NCBI GenBank assembly: GCA_963796105.1
Contig: CAWCKJ010000004.1
Span: 832,001 to 896,000, forward strand
Length of the DNA: 64,000 bases
DNA from: a candidate division FCPU426 bacterium
GTDB lineage: Bacteria > Oederibacteriota > Muellerivitia > Muellerivitales > Muellerivitaceae
Direction of reading: 5' to 3'
Part shown: positions 9,389-17,529 of the stretch, piece after piece
How the letters are laid out: each line of letters opens with the position of its first letter
Position numbering within the stretch: position 1 is the stretch's first letter
Notes under the pieces: model-generated
What the model was told of the DNA's origin: nothing
The model's database searches: none
Seen by the model: the letters and a program-made list of their open reading frames with translations, nothing else
Made by a program: the position numbers and the translations under genes

Positions 9389-9652
9389 TTACTTCGCGGC
9401 TTTGGTGTCAAACTCGACATCTTTGTTCTGGATGGTCCCGACAGAGGTGTTATCCGAGCCAGCCGAGCTTTTATCTTTAGACGAATTTTTTTTGCCTTTG
9501 GACTTTTTCCCGCTTTTTTTCTTGGATTTTTTTCCCTTGTGGCTTGCCTTGGATGTCGAATGGCCCGAGGAACCCTTGGCCATGACTTGAACAGGCGATA
9601 CCCATAATCCGGCTAAAGCCAAAACCAGTAAACCCAGCAGAAATTTCCGCAT
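9389..9652 (-). CDS. Small secreted Lys/Ser-rich hypothetical protein
   Basis: AAGGAGG RBS, signal peptide MRKFLLGLLVLALAGLW..., then a K/S-rich tract. Confidence 0.65.
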   Translation of the reverse strand: MRKFLLGLLVLALAGLWVSPVQVMAKGSSGHSTSKASHKGKKSKKKSGKKSKGKKNSSKDKSSAGSDNTSVGTIQNKDVEFDTKAAK

Positions 9653-9745
9653 AGTACGCCTCCTTATATTGGTTTTGAAAGAATGCTCATTATACGTTAC
9701 CCGGAAATCCGGGGAGCGAAAAAGAAACACCGAAAAACATCATCT

Positions 9746-9779
9746 CACCACAGGTTCCTTCGGAACCACAGAAGCACAG
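9746..9779 (+). repeat. CACCACAG-hairpin-CACAG dispersed repeat copy
   Basis: 31/34 identical to the revcomp of 63353-63386. Confidence 0.7.
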
Positions 9780-9988
9780 TTAAGTTTCAAAAATCTTAAT
9801 GTCTCATTAACCGTTTTTTTATCATTAATGCTTATTTTTTTATTAAAAAAGCCCACCACCGATTGTAAGGGTGAATGATTTTTGGGAGGCACTAACAAAA
9901 GTATAAATCTATCGCACCCTAGCGCTTGGTTGAGATTCAGAACTACAAAAACACATTTAAAAAAAACTAAAATCTAAGAAGTTTTAAA

Positions 9989-10025
9989 CTGTGTCCCTGT
10001 GCTGTGCGGAGCACAGCTGTGGTGA
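9989..10025 (-). repeat. CACCACAG-hairpin-CACAG dispersed repeat copy, inverted relative to 9746
   Basis: Revcomp TCACCACAGCTGTGCTCCGCACAGCACAGGGACACAG: same flanks, different hairpin. Confidence 0.6.
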
Positions 10026-10055
10026 ATGACTTTTTGTTATAAGTTCAAAAGCTTT

Positions 10056-10952
10056 TTATTGCTTCTTATCCATATCCAATTTCGACTTCGCGTTGTCCGC
10101 AGGGGGATTAATATCATCCGGAAGGGGAGGCAAGGAAGCGGCTGGCGTGGTTCCGGAGGCTGAAGAGGCCGGGAGCGGCGGCGCCGCGGCAGGGGCCGTT
10201 GAGGACGCGGGAGGCGCGGAAGCGGCAGGTGCCGCTTGAGGGGCGCTCGCGGAGGCTGGAGCCCTGGCGAAGGCATAGGGTCTCAGGGAAAGGAAATACC
10301 ACTTCCCGCCCCGGTTCGCCAGGGCCGAGTAAACATGGATCGGATTGTCAGGCACGTCGGAGCCATCCGCGTTTTTCATGCCGGCGATATCGCCGGAGGC
10401 GTCCACCAGGGCGAATCCCCCCAGGACGAAACGATACTTAAAGTCCGTGAAAGACAGGGTGCTTCCCTTCAAGAGCTGTAGGTCGGTGGCTAGCAATTGC
10501 TCGATCTCCTCCCGGTCTCCGGCCGGCTGGCCGAACAGGTTGAGGTAGGTCCCGTCAATGACCCAATGGGAAGCCACCTTCTTGGCATCGCCGGAAGCCC
10601 AGGCCTCAGAGAATGCATTGAAAAGTTTCTGGATACCAGCCACGTCGCCCTTGGCGGTTGGAGAAGAGGCGGCTCTTTTTCTCACAGATTTTTTAGGTTT
10701 GGCCTCAACGGTATTGGGTTGCGCCTCTTCGGCCGTATCCTTTACTTCTTCTTTCGCCGCGGGGGCATCGCTTGCCGCCTTAGTATCGGGTGTGGATGTC
10801 GGCACCGTGAGGTAGTTTTCCGAAGCGGAGGAACTAGCCGCTGGCGCGTTCGTTGAGTTTTCATCCGTGGGCACTCCCCCTTGGTCCTGTGCCAAGACCG
10901 GGAAAGCCAGGAGCAGGAAAGCCCCGGCATTAATCAGTAATTTCTTGATCAT
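10056..10952 (-). CDS. Secreted NTF2-like (SgcJ/EcaC, DUF4440/SnoaL-like) domain protein with disordered flanks
   Basis: Signal peptide; IQKLFNAFSEAWASGDAKKVASHW..DG...G....REEIE pattern; Ala/Pro-rich linkers. Confidence 0.65.
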   Translation of the reverse strand: MIKKLLINAGAFLLLAFPVLAQDQGGVPTDENSTNAPAASSSASENYLTVPTSTPDTKAASDAPAAKEEVKDTAEEAQPNTVEAKPKKSVRKRAASSPTAKGDVAGIQKLFNAFSEAWASGDAKKVASHWVIDGTYLNLFGQPAGDREEIEQLLATDLQLLKGSTLSFTDFKYRFVLGGFALVDASGDIAGMKNADGSDVPDNPIHVYSALANRGGKWYFLSLRPYAFARAPASASAPQAAPAASAPPASSTAPAAAPPLPASSASGTTPAASLPPLPDDINPPADNAKSKLDMDKKQ

Positions 10953-11073
10953 CGCTTTCTCCTTTTAATCCGTTAAGACCAGAAACTCATGTTTTTTGAA
11001 TGGCTTCATTGGAGCCGGTATTATCTACTCGCGTCATATAGGCGTCAATATTCCAACATCCAACTAACCAAAG

Positions 11074-11207
11074 ACCTTTGGCTGTGCGTTATACCGGCTA
11101 GAATAGCCCCAGACTTGCCCAGGGGCTTAGCCGTGTACTTGGGCGGGAAGCCATATTCCGCCCAAGTGGCGACCAAAGCCCTGCCATACGCTGCGGTGCG
11201 GAGGGCT
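11074..11207. ncRNA. Candidate structured cis-regulatory or non-coding RNA, family unassigned
   Basis: Nested stems CTTTGG/CCAAAG enclose CGGCTA..AGCCCC/GGGGCT.TAGCCG and ACTTGGGCGGGAA/TTCCGCCCAAGT; lies between divergent genes. Confidence 0.45.
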
Positions 11208-11248
11208 GTCCCTTGACTCAGGAAAATATTCACGTTACAAGAGGCCTT

Positions 11249-13147
11249 ATGAAAAAACTCCTTTTAACCCTCCTAGTCTTGATCGCCACAGGGCTGAATT
11301 TTCTGTCGGCGCAAACGTCGAGCTTCTATACCGTGCAGTGGAAAGACGGCAAAGCCTGGTTCCAATCGCCCGAGGAAAAGCAAATGCTTTCAATGGGTGT
11401 CAACGCCATCGGGGATCAGTCCTACAGAGCACCCAACCAAAACTACTATAACCCAGTGAAAAACCAGTACGAAGGCGACAAGCAAGCCTGGGTAAAAAAC
11501 GTCTTCTCGCGCTTGAAAAAATGGCGTTTCAACACCATCGGTTGCTGGTCGGATGAGGACCTGCTGGCCAAAAAGTTCCCCTATACCTACATGCTTTACA
11601 TCGACCGGGGAAACCCCTGGGAAAAGGTCTTGGTCTCTGTATTCACCGACGACTTCAAGAAGCTGGTCCAGGAAAACGCCCAGAAGGCCGCGCGCTACAG
11701 GGACGACCCCTATTTGGTCGGCTATTTCCTCGACAATGAGCTTCCCTGGTGGGGCGAGTACGGCTGGAAACAAGAAGGGCAGGAAACCCTTCTGGAAAAG
11801 TACGGCGTCATCGAAATCGAGAATGAAAATAAAATCGCCCTGAAGAAATTCTTCGAGAAGAGATACAACTCCGACATCGACCGCTTCGACAAGGTTTGGG
11901 ACCTGGACTTGAGGTCCTTTGACGACCTGGAAGGGCCCGTGACCTTCCAGGTGAAAACCAAGGTCCAGAAGGCGGACGCGGAAGCCTGGGCCGGGGCCGT
12001 CGCGGAGCGCTTTTTCCAGGTGACCACCCAGGCCTTAAGGGAAGTGGACCCCAACCACCTGATCCTGGGCGCCCGTTTCGCGGGGGGAACCCCCTGGGAA
12101 GTGGTGGAGGCCTGCGGAAGATATTGCGACGTGGTTTCGGTGAACCATTACGCCAAGTCAGGGGACATCGATAAGACGCTGTTGGACAATTTCTACTACA
12201 AGGCCCAAAAGCCCATCCTCATCACGGAATACTCCTTCAGCTCCCTGGAAAACCAAAGCGGCGATCCCAACAAGCACGGGGCGGACGTTACGGTATCCAC
12301 CCAAAAAGAACGGGCGGAACATTTCACGCGCTACGCCACCCAGGCATTGGGACTTCCCTATCTCGTGGGGCTCCACTGGTACGAATGGGCGGACGAGTCT
12401 CCCGAGGGGCGGTTCGACGGGGAGGATCAAAACTACGGCCTTGTGGACATCCACGGCAAGGATTACGCGCTTATCACCCAGGCCCACACCAAGATCAACC
12501 AGGAAGCCGTCTCCCTCCACGATAAATCCGCGGTTCCCCTTCCCCAGGAATTCGTGGCACCCGCTGAGGCCCGTTACCAGACTGCCAAGGCCGGCGTGAA
12601 GGTGGCCGATACCCGGCATTACTTGAAGATGGATTCCACGGTCCAAACCTATCCTTGGGGTGACACTGCCACCGGGGGGAAAATGACGCCCGTCGTGGCC
12701 GATGAGGTCCTGAACTTGAACTTTGAGACAGGCTCAGGCTGGGGCTGCGGGGCTTCCTTCCCTTCCAATATCGGCCCCTTCGTGGCGTCTGGAGTGGTGG
12801 ACCTGAGGGGCTACAACTATTTCCAATTCAGGGCTTTTGTCCCCAAAGGCCTCAAATTCACCATCTTCATGTCGGAATCAGGCAACGGAGATCCCTCGGG
12901 CACAAGTTTTCCCGGCGTGAATGGCGCGGATGGGGAATCCTACTCTTTCCCGGAATTCACCGGCTCGGGGAAATGGGAAACCTACCGTGTGGATCTCGTC
13001 AATTTGGAGCGCCGCCTTTACTGGGGCAACCAGCACGGGAACAACATCTTGGACCTCCAAGCCCTGGCCGACGTGGAGTTCTCCCTGCCAGGCAACCAGG
13101 GCGCAGGGAAGATGCTGGTGAGCGATTTGGAATTCAAGGTTAAATAA
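11249..13147 (+). CDS. Secreted glycoside hydrolase, GH50/beta-agarase-like, with C-terminal CBM-like domain
   Basis: Signal peptide; FNTIGCWSD, LVGYFLDNEL, DPNHLILGARF, PILITEYSF, GLHWYEWADE...GEDQNYGLVD. Substrate cannot be determined from the sequence. Confidence 0.75.
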   Translation: MKKLLLTLLVLIATGLNFLSAQTSSFYTVQWKDGKAWFQSPEEKQMLSMGVNAIGDQSYRAPNQNYYNPVKNQYEGDKQAWVKNVFSRLKKWRFNTIGCWSDEDLLAKKFPYTYMLYIDRGNPWEKVLVSVFTDDFKKLVQENAQKAARYRDDPYLVGYFLDNELPWWGEYGWKQEGQETLLEKYGVIEIENENKIALKKFFEKRYNSDIDRFDKVWDLDLRSFDDLEGPVTFQVKTKVQKADAEAWAGAVAERFFQVTTQALREVDPNHLILGARFAGGTPWEVVEACGRYCDVVSVNHYAKSGDIDKTLLDNFYYKAQKPILITEYSFSSLENQSGDPNKHGADVTVSTQKERAEHFTRYATQALGLPYLVGLHWYEWADESPEGRFDGEDQNYGLVDIHGKDYALITQAHTKINQEAVSLHDKSAVPLPQEFVAPAEARYQTAKAGVKVADTRHYLKMDSTVQTYPWGDTATGGKMTPVVADEVLNLNFETGSGWGCGASFPSNIGPFVASGVVDLRGYNYFQFRAFVPKGLKFTIFMSESGNGDPSGTSFPGVNGADGESYSFPEFTGSGKWETYRVDLVNLERRLYWGNQHGNNILDLQALADVEFSLPGNQGAGKMLVSDLEFKVK

Positions 13148-13272
13148 TATTTTTTATCGGCGATTGCTGGCCAAACCTTGATGGTTTTAAGAGCTCTTTA
13201 AAACCTTATCGGAATTACACATCCTCCCTGCAACTGTTGGGAAAAGCTTGAACATGAGGGCTTTTTCCGGCA

Positions 13273-13307
13273 TGGACAGATTTAAACTGATAGTTTAAAA
13301 TTGTCCA
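13273..13307. promoter_or_regulatory. Inverted repeat abutting the ATPase start codon (possible operator)
   Basis: TGGACAGATTTAAACT-GAT-AGTTTAAAATTGTCCA, arms 14/16 complementary. Confidence 0.55.
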
Positions 13308-14477
13308 ATGACCTTTTATCCCCGGCTTCTTGAAAAACGCCTGCTCCCAGCTTCACGCGGCTTCGCCGCCGTTCTCCTCACCGGCCCCCGTCGAAGCGGG
13401 AAAACCACCCTGTTGAGGCATCTGTTTCCCAAAGCGGATTACCGCCTATTGGAGGACCCGGACATATTGGGCCAGGTGCGGCGCGACCCCCGTGGATTCC
13501 TGGACAGCTTAAGGCTTCCGGCTTTGCTGGATGAAATTCAGAATGTTCCGGAACTTTTTTCCTATATTCGCTCACGAATTGACTCCCGGCCGGGGGACAA
13601 GGGGCGGTGGCTGCTAACCGGTTCACAGGAAACCACCCTCATGAGGGGGGTGAGCGAGTCCATGGCGGGACGGGTGGCCGTTTTCGATCTGCTCCCTTTC
13701 TCAACGCAGGAGCGCCCGGGAGTCGATGAATTCAGCGGCGGTTTCCCTGAAGTGCTGGCCAGGCCAAAATTGGCCGAGGACTGGTACCGATCCTATTTGC
13801 GCACCTACTTGGAAAGGGATGTCCGGACGGTAGCGGCCGTAAGGGATTTGGCGCTTTTCCGCCAATTCCTGGCGCTGTTGGCTTCCCGCTCCGCGAAGAC
13901 CCTTCACCTGACGGAAATGGCTGGCCCCCTGGGCTTGTCGGTTCCGGCCGTTAAGCAATGGCTGGGAATCCTGGAAGTCACGGGTCAAGTGATCCTAGTG
14001 CCGCCTTATTTCGAGAATTTTGGAAAGCGGCTCGTCAAGGCGCCAAAGGTTTATTTCTCCGATAGCGGAATGCTCTGTCACTTATTGGGCCTGCGCAGCC
14101 GGGTTGAACTGGAGCGCTCGCCATTCTTGGGTCCGGTTTTCGAGGGTTTCGTGGCGAGTGAGATCGCCAAAGCCCAGCAGCACCACGGCCAGCGTCGGGA
14201 GCTTTATTTTTTCCGCGACAAATCCGGCCTCGAGGTGGACTTCGTGGTCCCCCTAGCCGGAGGCCGCTTGGCCTTGATGGAAGCCAAAGCCACCCGAAGT
14301 CCGGGTCTTCGCGGGGCCGAGGCCCTTCCTAAAGTGATGAACTTGTTCAAGTCCAAGGATTGCCGGGGCTGGCTAATCCACCGGGGGCCCAATTTGAAAG
14401 TTTACTCGGGGCTTGGCCCAAACATATTGGCGGTTCCAATCCAGGAAATGGCGGGAAAGATCCTGGGTCTAAAATAA
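13308..14477 (+). CDS. ATP-binding protein, AAA_14 + DUF4143 family
   Basis: Walker A GPRRSGKT, LLDEIQ, LTGS, GGFPE, YLERDV, KRLVKAPKVYFSDSG, EVDF...E.K. Confidence 0.88.
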   Translation: MTFYPRLLEKRLLPASRGFAAVLLTGPRRSGKTTLLRHLFPKADYRLLEDPDILGQVRRDPRGFLDSLRLPALLDEIQNVPELFSYIRSRIDSRPGDKGRWLLTGSQETTLMRGVSESMAGRVAVFDLLPFSTQERPGVDEFSGGFPEVLARPKLAEDWYRSYLRTYLERDVRTVAAVRDLALFRQFLALLASRSAKTLHLTEMAGPLGLSVPAVKQWLGILEVTGQVILVPPYFENFGKRLVKAPKVYFSDSGMLCHLLGLRSRVELERSPFLGPVFEGFVASEIAKAQQHHGQRRELYFFRDKSGLEVDFVVPLAGGRLALMEAKATRSPGLRGAEALPKVMNLFKSKDCRGWLIHRGPNLKVYSGLGPNILAVPIQEMAGKILGLK

Positions 14478-14491
14478 AGGCGATTTTTATG

Positions 14492-14563
14492 GAGTTCTCC
14501 CTGCCCGGCAACCAGGGCGCGGGAAAGATGCTGGTGAGCGATTTGGAGTTTAAAGTTAAATAA
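14492..14563 (+). repeat. Second copy of the last 24 codons of the GH gene (13076-13147)
   Basis: 66/72 identical; both copies encode EFSLPGNQGAGKMLVSDLEFKVK*. Confidence 0.9.
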
Positions 14564-14624
14564 GGAATATTTTACCGGCGATTTATCGGCGGATTGCGTC
14601 CAACTCAGGGAGGTTTTAAAGTTA

Positions 14625-15470
14625 ATGAAAATCGTAAATGTTGCTCTATTGTTCATTTTGATATTTTTTCAATCCTTACCTATTTATGCCGAGTCTTCGG
14701 AACAAATTGTTGCAAAGATAAATAGAAAATGGGTTGAAAAACACAATGCAAAGATTCCTATTGAAGTTCAGAAATTAGAAAAAGTTTACGCAGGATGGCC
14801 AAATGATTTAGAGAAAAAGTACAAAGGTACCGATGTTTTGTTTTCAGATGAAAAAGCAAAATTTTTAGGAAATACTATTGAAATGAAAGATTGGCCGAAA
14901 TATCACATTCCTTTAAACAATATGACTTCTCTGTATCAGTTAAAGATGAATGAAAAATTATTTCTTGTTGCGGCATATGCGAAAACTCCGAAAAATGATA
15001 GTTCTTATTCTGATATATATTTAAAAGTGGATAAAGTTTATAAAAAACAATTTCATTCCTTTGACTCTTCCCCCATTTTTGTAAAGCTCGGAGAGAAAAA
15101 AACGCCTTTTATTTCCATCCAGGAAGCCTCAGCGAATGGGTGGAGCCAGATAATCTATAACCCCTCAAAAAAATCAACCCTCAGCGGGGCATCCCCGGAA
15201 AATAACTTCGAACGGGTATTTGGGACGTGGTTATGGCATGGGGGGTATGCCCTTTATAAAGACCTTTTCCATGATGGGTATTTTGAACTCGTTTGTATTA
15301 CTGAGATTAAAATGCCGTACGAAGTAGTGACTCGAATAAGTAAGAAATTGCATATTAGTACCGCCGAGGTGGAAGGCGTTTATCCAGGGCCTTGGGGTGG
15401 TAAGGTTTCAATTTACAAATGGAATGGTTTTGCATTTAAGAATTTGGGTGATTTTTTATCCCCCTATTAA
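14625..15470 (+). CDS. Secreted hypothetical protein, AT-rich
   Basis: GGAGG upstream, signal peptide, 281-aa ORF; no recognised motif. Confidence 0.7.
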   Translation: MKIVNVALLFILIFFQSLPIYAESSEQIVAKINRKWVEKHNAKIPIEVQKLEKVYAGWPNDLEKKYKGTDVLFSDEKAKFLGNTIEMKDWPKYHIPLNNMTSLYQLKMNEKLFLVAAYAKTPKNDSSYSDIYLKVDKVYKKQFHSFDSSPIFVKLGEKKTPFISIQEASANGWSQIIYNPSKKSTLSGASPENNFERVFGTWLWHGGYALYKDLFHDGYFELVCITEIKMPYEVVTRISKKLHISTAEVEGVYPGPWGGKVSIYKWNGFAFKNLGDFLSPY

Positions 15471-15550
15471 ATGAAATTTAACAGAATACGAAAATCGTTA
15501 GTCATGAGGATGTATTGAGATAAGGCGTTTTTAGTAAAGGATGTGTTTAC

Positions 15551-16012
15551 ATGATATTAATCGGGTTACCTATATTATTATCAATCATCCTAACTTTATT
15601 TGTGGCTTGGGTTTTGTACTTTTTTTCGAAGAAATTTAGTTTCAAAATCACTTTCTTATTTTCTTTTGCGATTTCATATTTAATTGTTTCATTGGCATTT
15701 CTTTACTTTCAATATCAACAACCCGCCTCCGAACTTTTCGGAATTCCTATAATGGCTGGTCTTGAATTACTTTCACTCCCTTTAGGAATTATTCCCGCAT
15801 ATTTAAGAAGTAATTTTTTTGTTGCTTGTCATCAATCGGAAGTAACTACGATTTGCGGTATTTTTCAATGGTTGATCTTAAGTTTTATTCAACAAAAAAT
15901 AGGTAAAAACAAAATATTTAAGATAATTCTTTTAATATTAATAAGCCTTTTGCTATTGACCGTATTACTTTCTCTTGTTTTCGTGTCCATATGGGGAAAA
16001 TACTTAGAATAG
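15551..16012 (+). CDS. Hypothetical multi-TM membrane protein, AT-rich
   Basis: Several hydrophobic helices; AAGGA upstream. Confidence 0.65.
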   Translation: MILIGLPILLSIILTLFVAWVLYFFSKKFSFKITFLFSFAISYLIVSLAFLYFQYQQPASELFGIPIMAGLELLSLPLGIIPAYLRSNFFVACHQSEVTTICGIFQWLILSFIQQKIGKNKIFKIILLILISLLLLTVLLSLVFVSIWGKYLE

Positions 16013-16436
16013 GATTTATGCACTCAATACCACGTAATGATTAGTTCTAAGAACGTAAGGTTTGGGGTGCCGATTCGCACTAATTACGAATTACCTCAAA
16101 AAAACGGACCACTACCCCACGCTGTGGTGCGCGGGGCTCGAACATTGTCATGTATGGGGAGCCATTTCCTCTGACCTTAGATTTATCCCAACGATCTGTT
16201 TAAGCCTTACTGCATGAAACATTCCCCAAAAAGGACAAACTACCTGGCAAGAAGTTACGTCACGTAACTTTCATTGGCAGCTTCGCTCGTCGGCCTTCCC
16301 ATGGGTGTCATTGGCGTCATTTCCTGGCGATATGTGAGCTAAACCGCCCACATCACTGCTGGCATCCGTCGGCGGGAGGGATAACCCGCACACATTCCCA
16401 GTGTCATTTGCCGACAGGAAGAGATAACCCGCCCAT

Positions 16437-16580
16437 ATTTCCGTCGGTAACCTGGGATAACCTGGTGACACCAGCCGGCATTTCCGTCGGCAACCCAGGA
16501 TAACCTGGTGACACCTACTGGCATTTCCGTCGGCAACCTAGGATAACCTGGTGTCAGCTACCGGCATTTCCGTCGGCAAC
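16437..16580 (+). repeat. 43-bp tandem repeat, interrupted by IS21 and resuming at 19287
   Basis: Unit ATTTCCGTCGGCAACCYAGGATAACCTGGTGACACCTACCGGC at 16437, 16480, 16523 and 16566; the fourth copy is completed at 19287-19314. Degenerate copies in register upstream (GATAACCCGC at 16380 and 16423). Confidence 0.9.
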
Positions 16581-16758
16581 TTCATAATCCAACGAAAGCG
16601 CGCATTCCCTCCAATTAAATCCGCGCACTAAATCCAATCCAAAGCGCGCATTTAGAAGGTGTTCGACGCGGGGTTATTCTGGTTTTAAATTCCTTTGACT
16701 GATTTATTAATTTCCGATGCTACACGGCCAAGAACCAATTCTGAAAGAAGAAAATGGT

Positions 16759-17508
16759 TTAGCCGTCAGGGTTGGCCTGGATTTTACGATTTTTCCGCAT
16801 GGATTCTCCTTTCAAGACGATGGAATGGGAGTTGTGGATTAGCCGGTCAAGAATGGCGTCAGCTAAAGTCGGGTCTCCGATGATTTCGTGCCAATGGCTT
16901 GGCGGGACTTGGGAAGTTACCAAGGTGGATCGCCGGTCATATCGGTCCTCCAATATCTCAAACAAGTCCTTGCGTTGCTCATCGGTGAGAACCGCCGTTC
17001 CCCAATCGTCCAGGATCAAAAGGTCATAGTGGGAGAAGGAGACGAGGATTTTCCCATATCGTCCATCCGCCTTGGCCAGGGCCAAGTCTTGGAAAAGTTT
17101 GGGAACCCTCAAGTAAAGAACGTGGAACCCTTCACGGCAGCCCTGGTGCCCCAGGGCACAGGCTAGGTAGCTCTTTCCACAGCCCGTGGGCCCTGTAATC
17201 AGGCAGTTGTCATGGGATCGAAGCCAAGCGCAGGATGCCAGTGACAGGATTTTCGCCTTGTCTAGACCGCGGGGCTGTTGGTAATCCACGTCCTCCATCG
17301 TTGCCGGAAGACGTAGTTTCGCCCTTTGCAGCCTGGCGGTGAGGCGGCTGTTGGATCTCATCATCTCCTCCCGGTCCAACAACAAAGCGAACCTTTCCTC
17401 GAAACTCAAGGAACTGCATTCAGGATTTTCCATCTGCTCTTGCAGGGCCTTGAGCATGCCGGGCAATCTCAGTTGATAAAGCTTGTCCAGGGTAGGGTGT
17501 TGAAGCAT
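16759..17508 (-). CDS. istB: IS21 helper ATPase
   Basis: GPTGCGKS, LLILDDWG, TSQ.P...W, ADAILDRL.HN. Confidence 0.95.
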   Translation of the reverse strand: MLQHPTLDKLYQLRLPGMLKALQEQMENPECSSLSFEERFALLLDREEMMRSNSRLTARLQRAKLRLPATMEDVDYQQPRGLDKAKILSLASCAWLRSHDNCLITGPTGCGKSYLACALGHQGCREGFHVLYLRVPKLFQDLALAKADGRYGKILVSFSHYDLLILDDWGTAVLTDEQRKDLFEILEDRYDRRSTLVTSQVPPSHWHEIIGDPTLADAILDRLIHNSHSIVLKGESMRKNRKIQANPDG

Positions 17509-17529
17509 ACGTCCTCCTTGTGATTGATT

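Noticed and set aside
11074..11182. Assignment as a c-di-GMP-I riboswitch
   Set aside because: Only one arm resembles it; the GGCAAAC, GNRA loop and ACGCAAAG elements are absent.
15476..15503. attC-like TAAC...GTTAG between the AT-rich ORFs
   Set aside because: Far too short for attC, no L boxes, and no integron integrase in the window.
16437..16580. CRISPR array
   Set aside because: The units are contiguous with no unique spacers, and there is no cas1/cas2 in the window.
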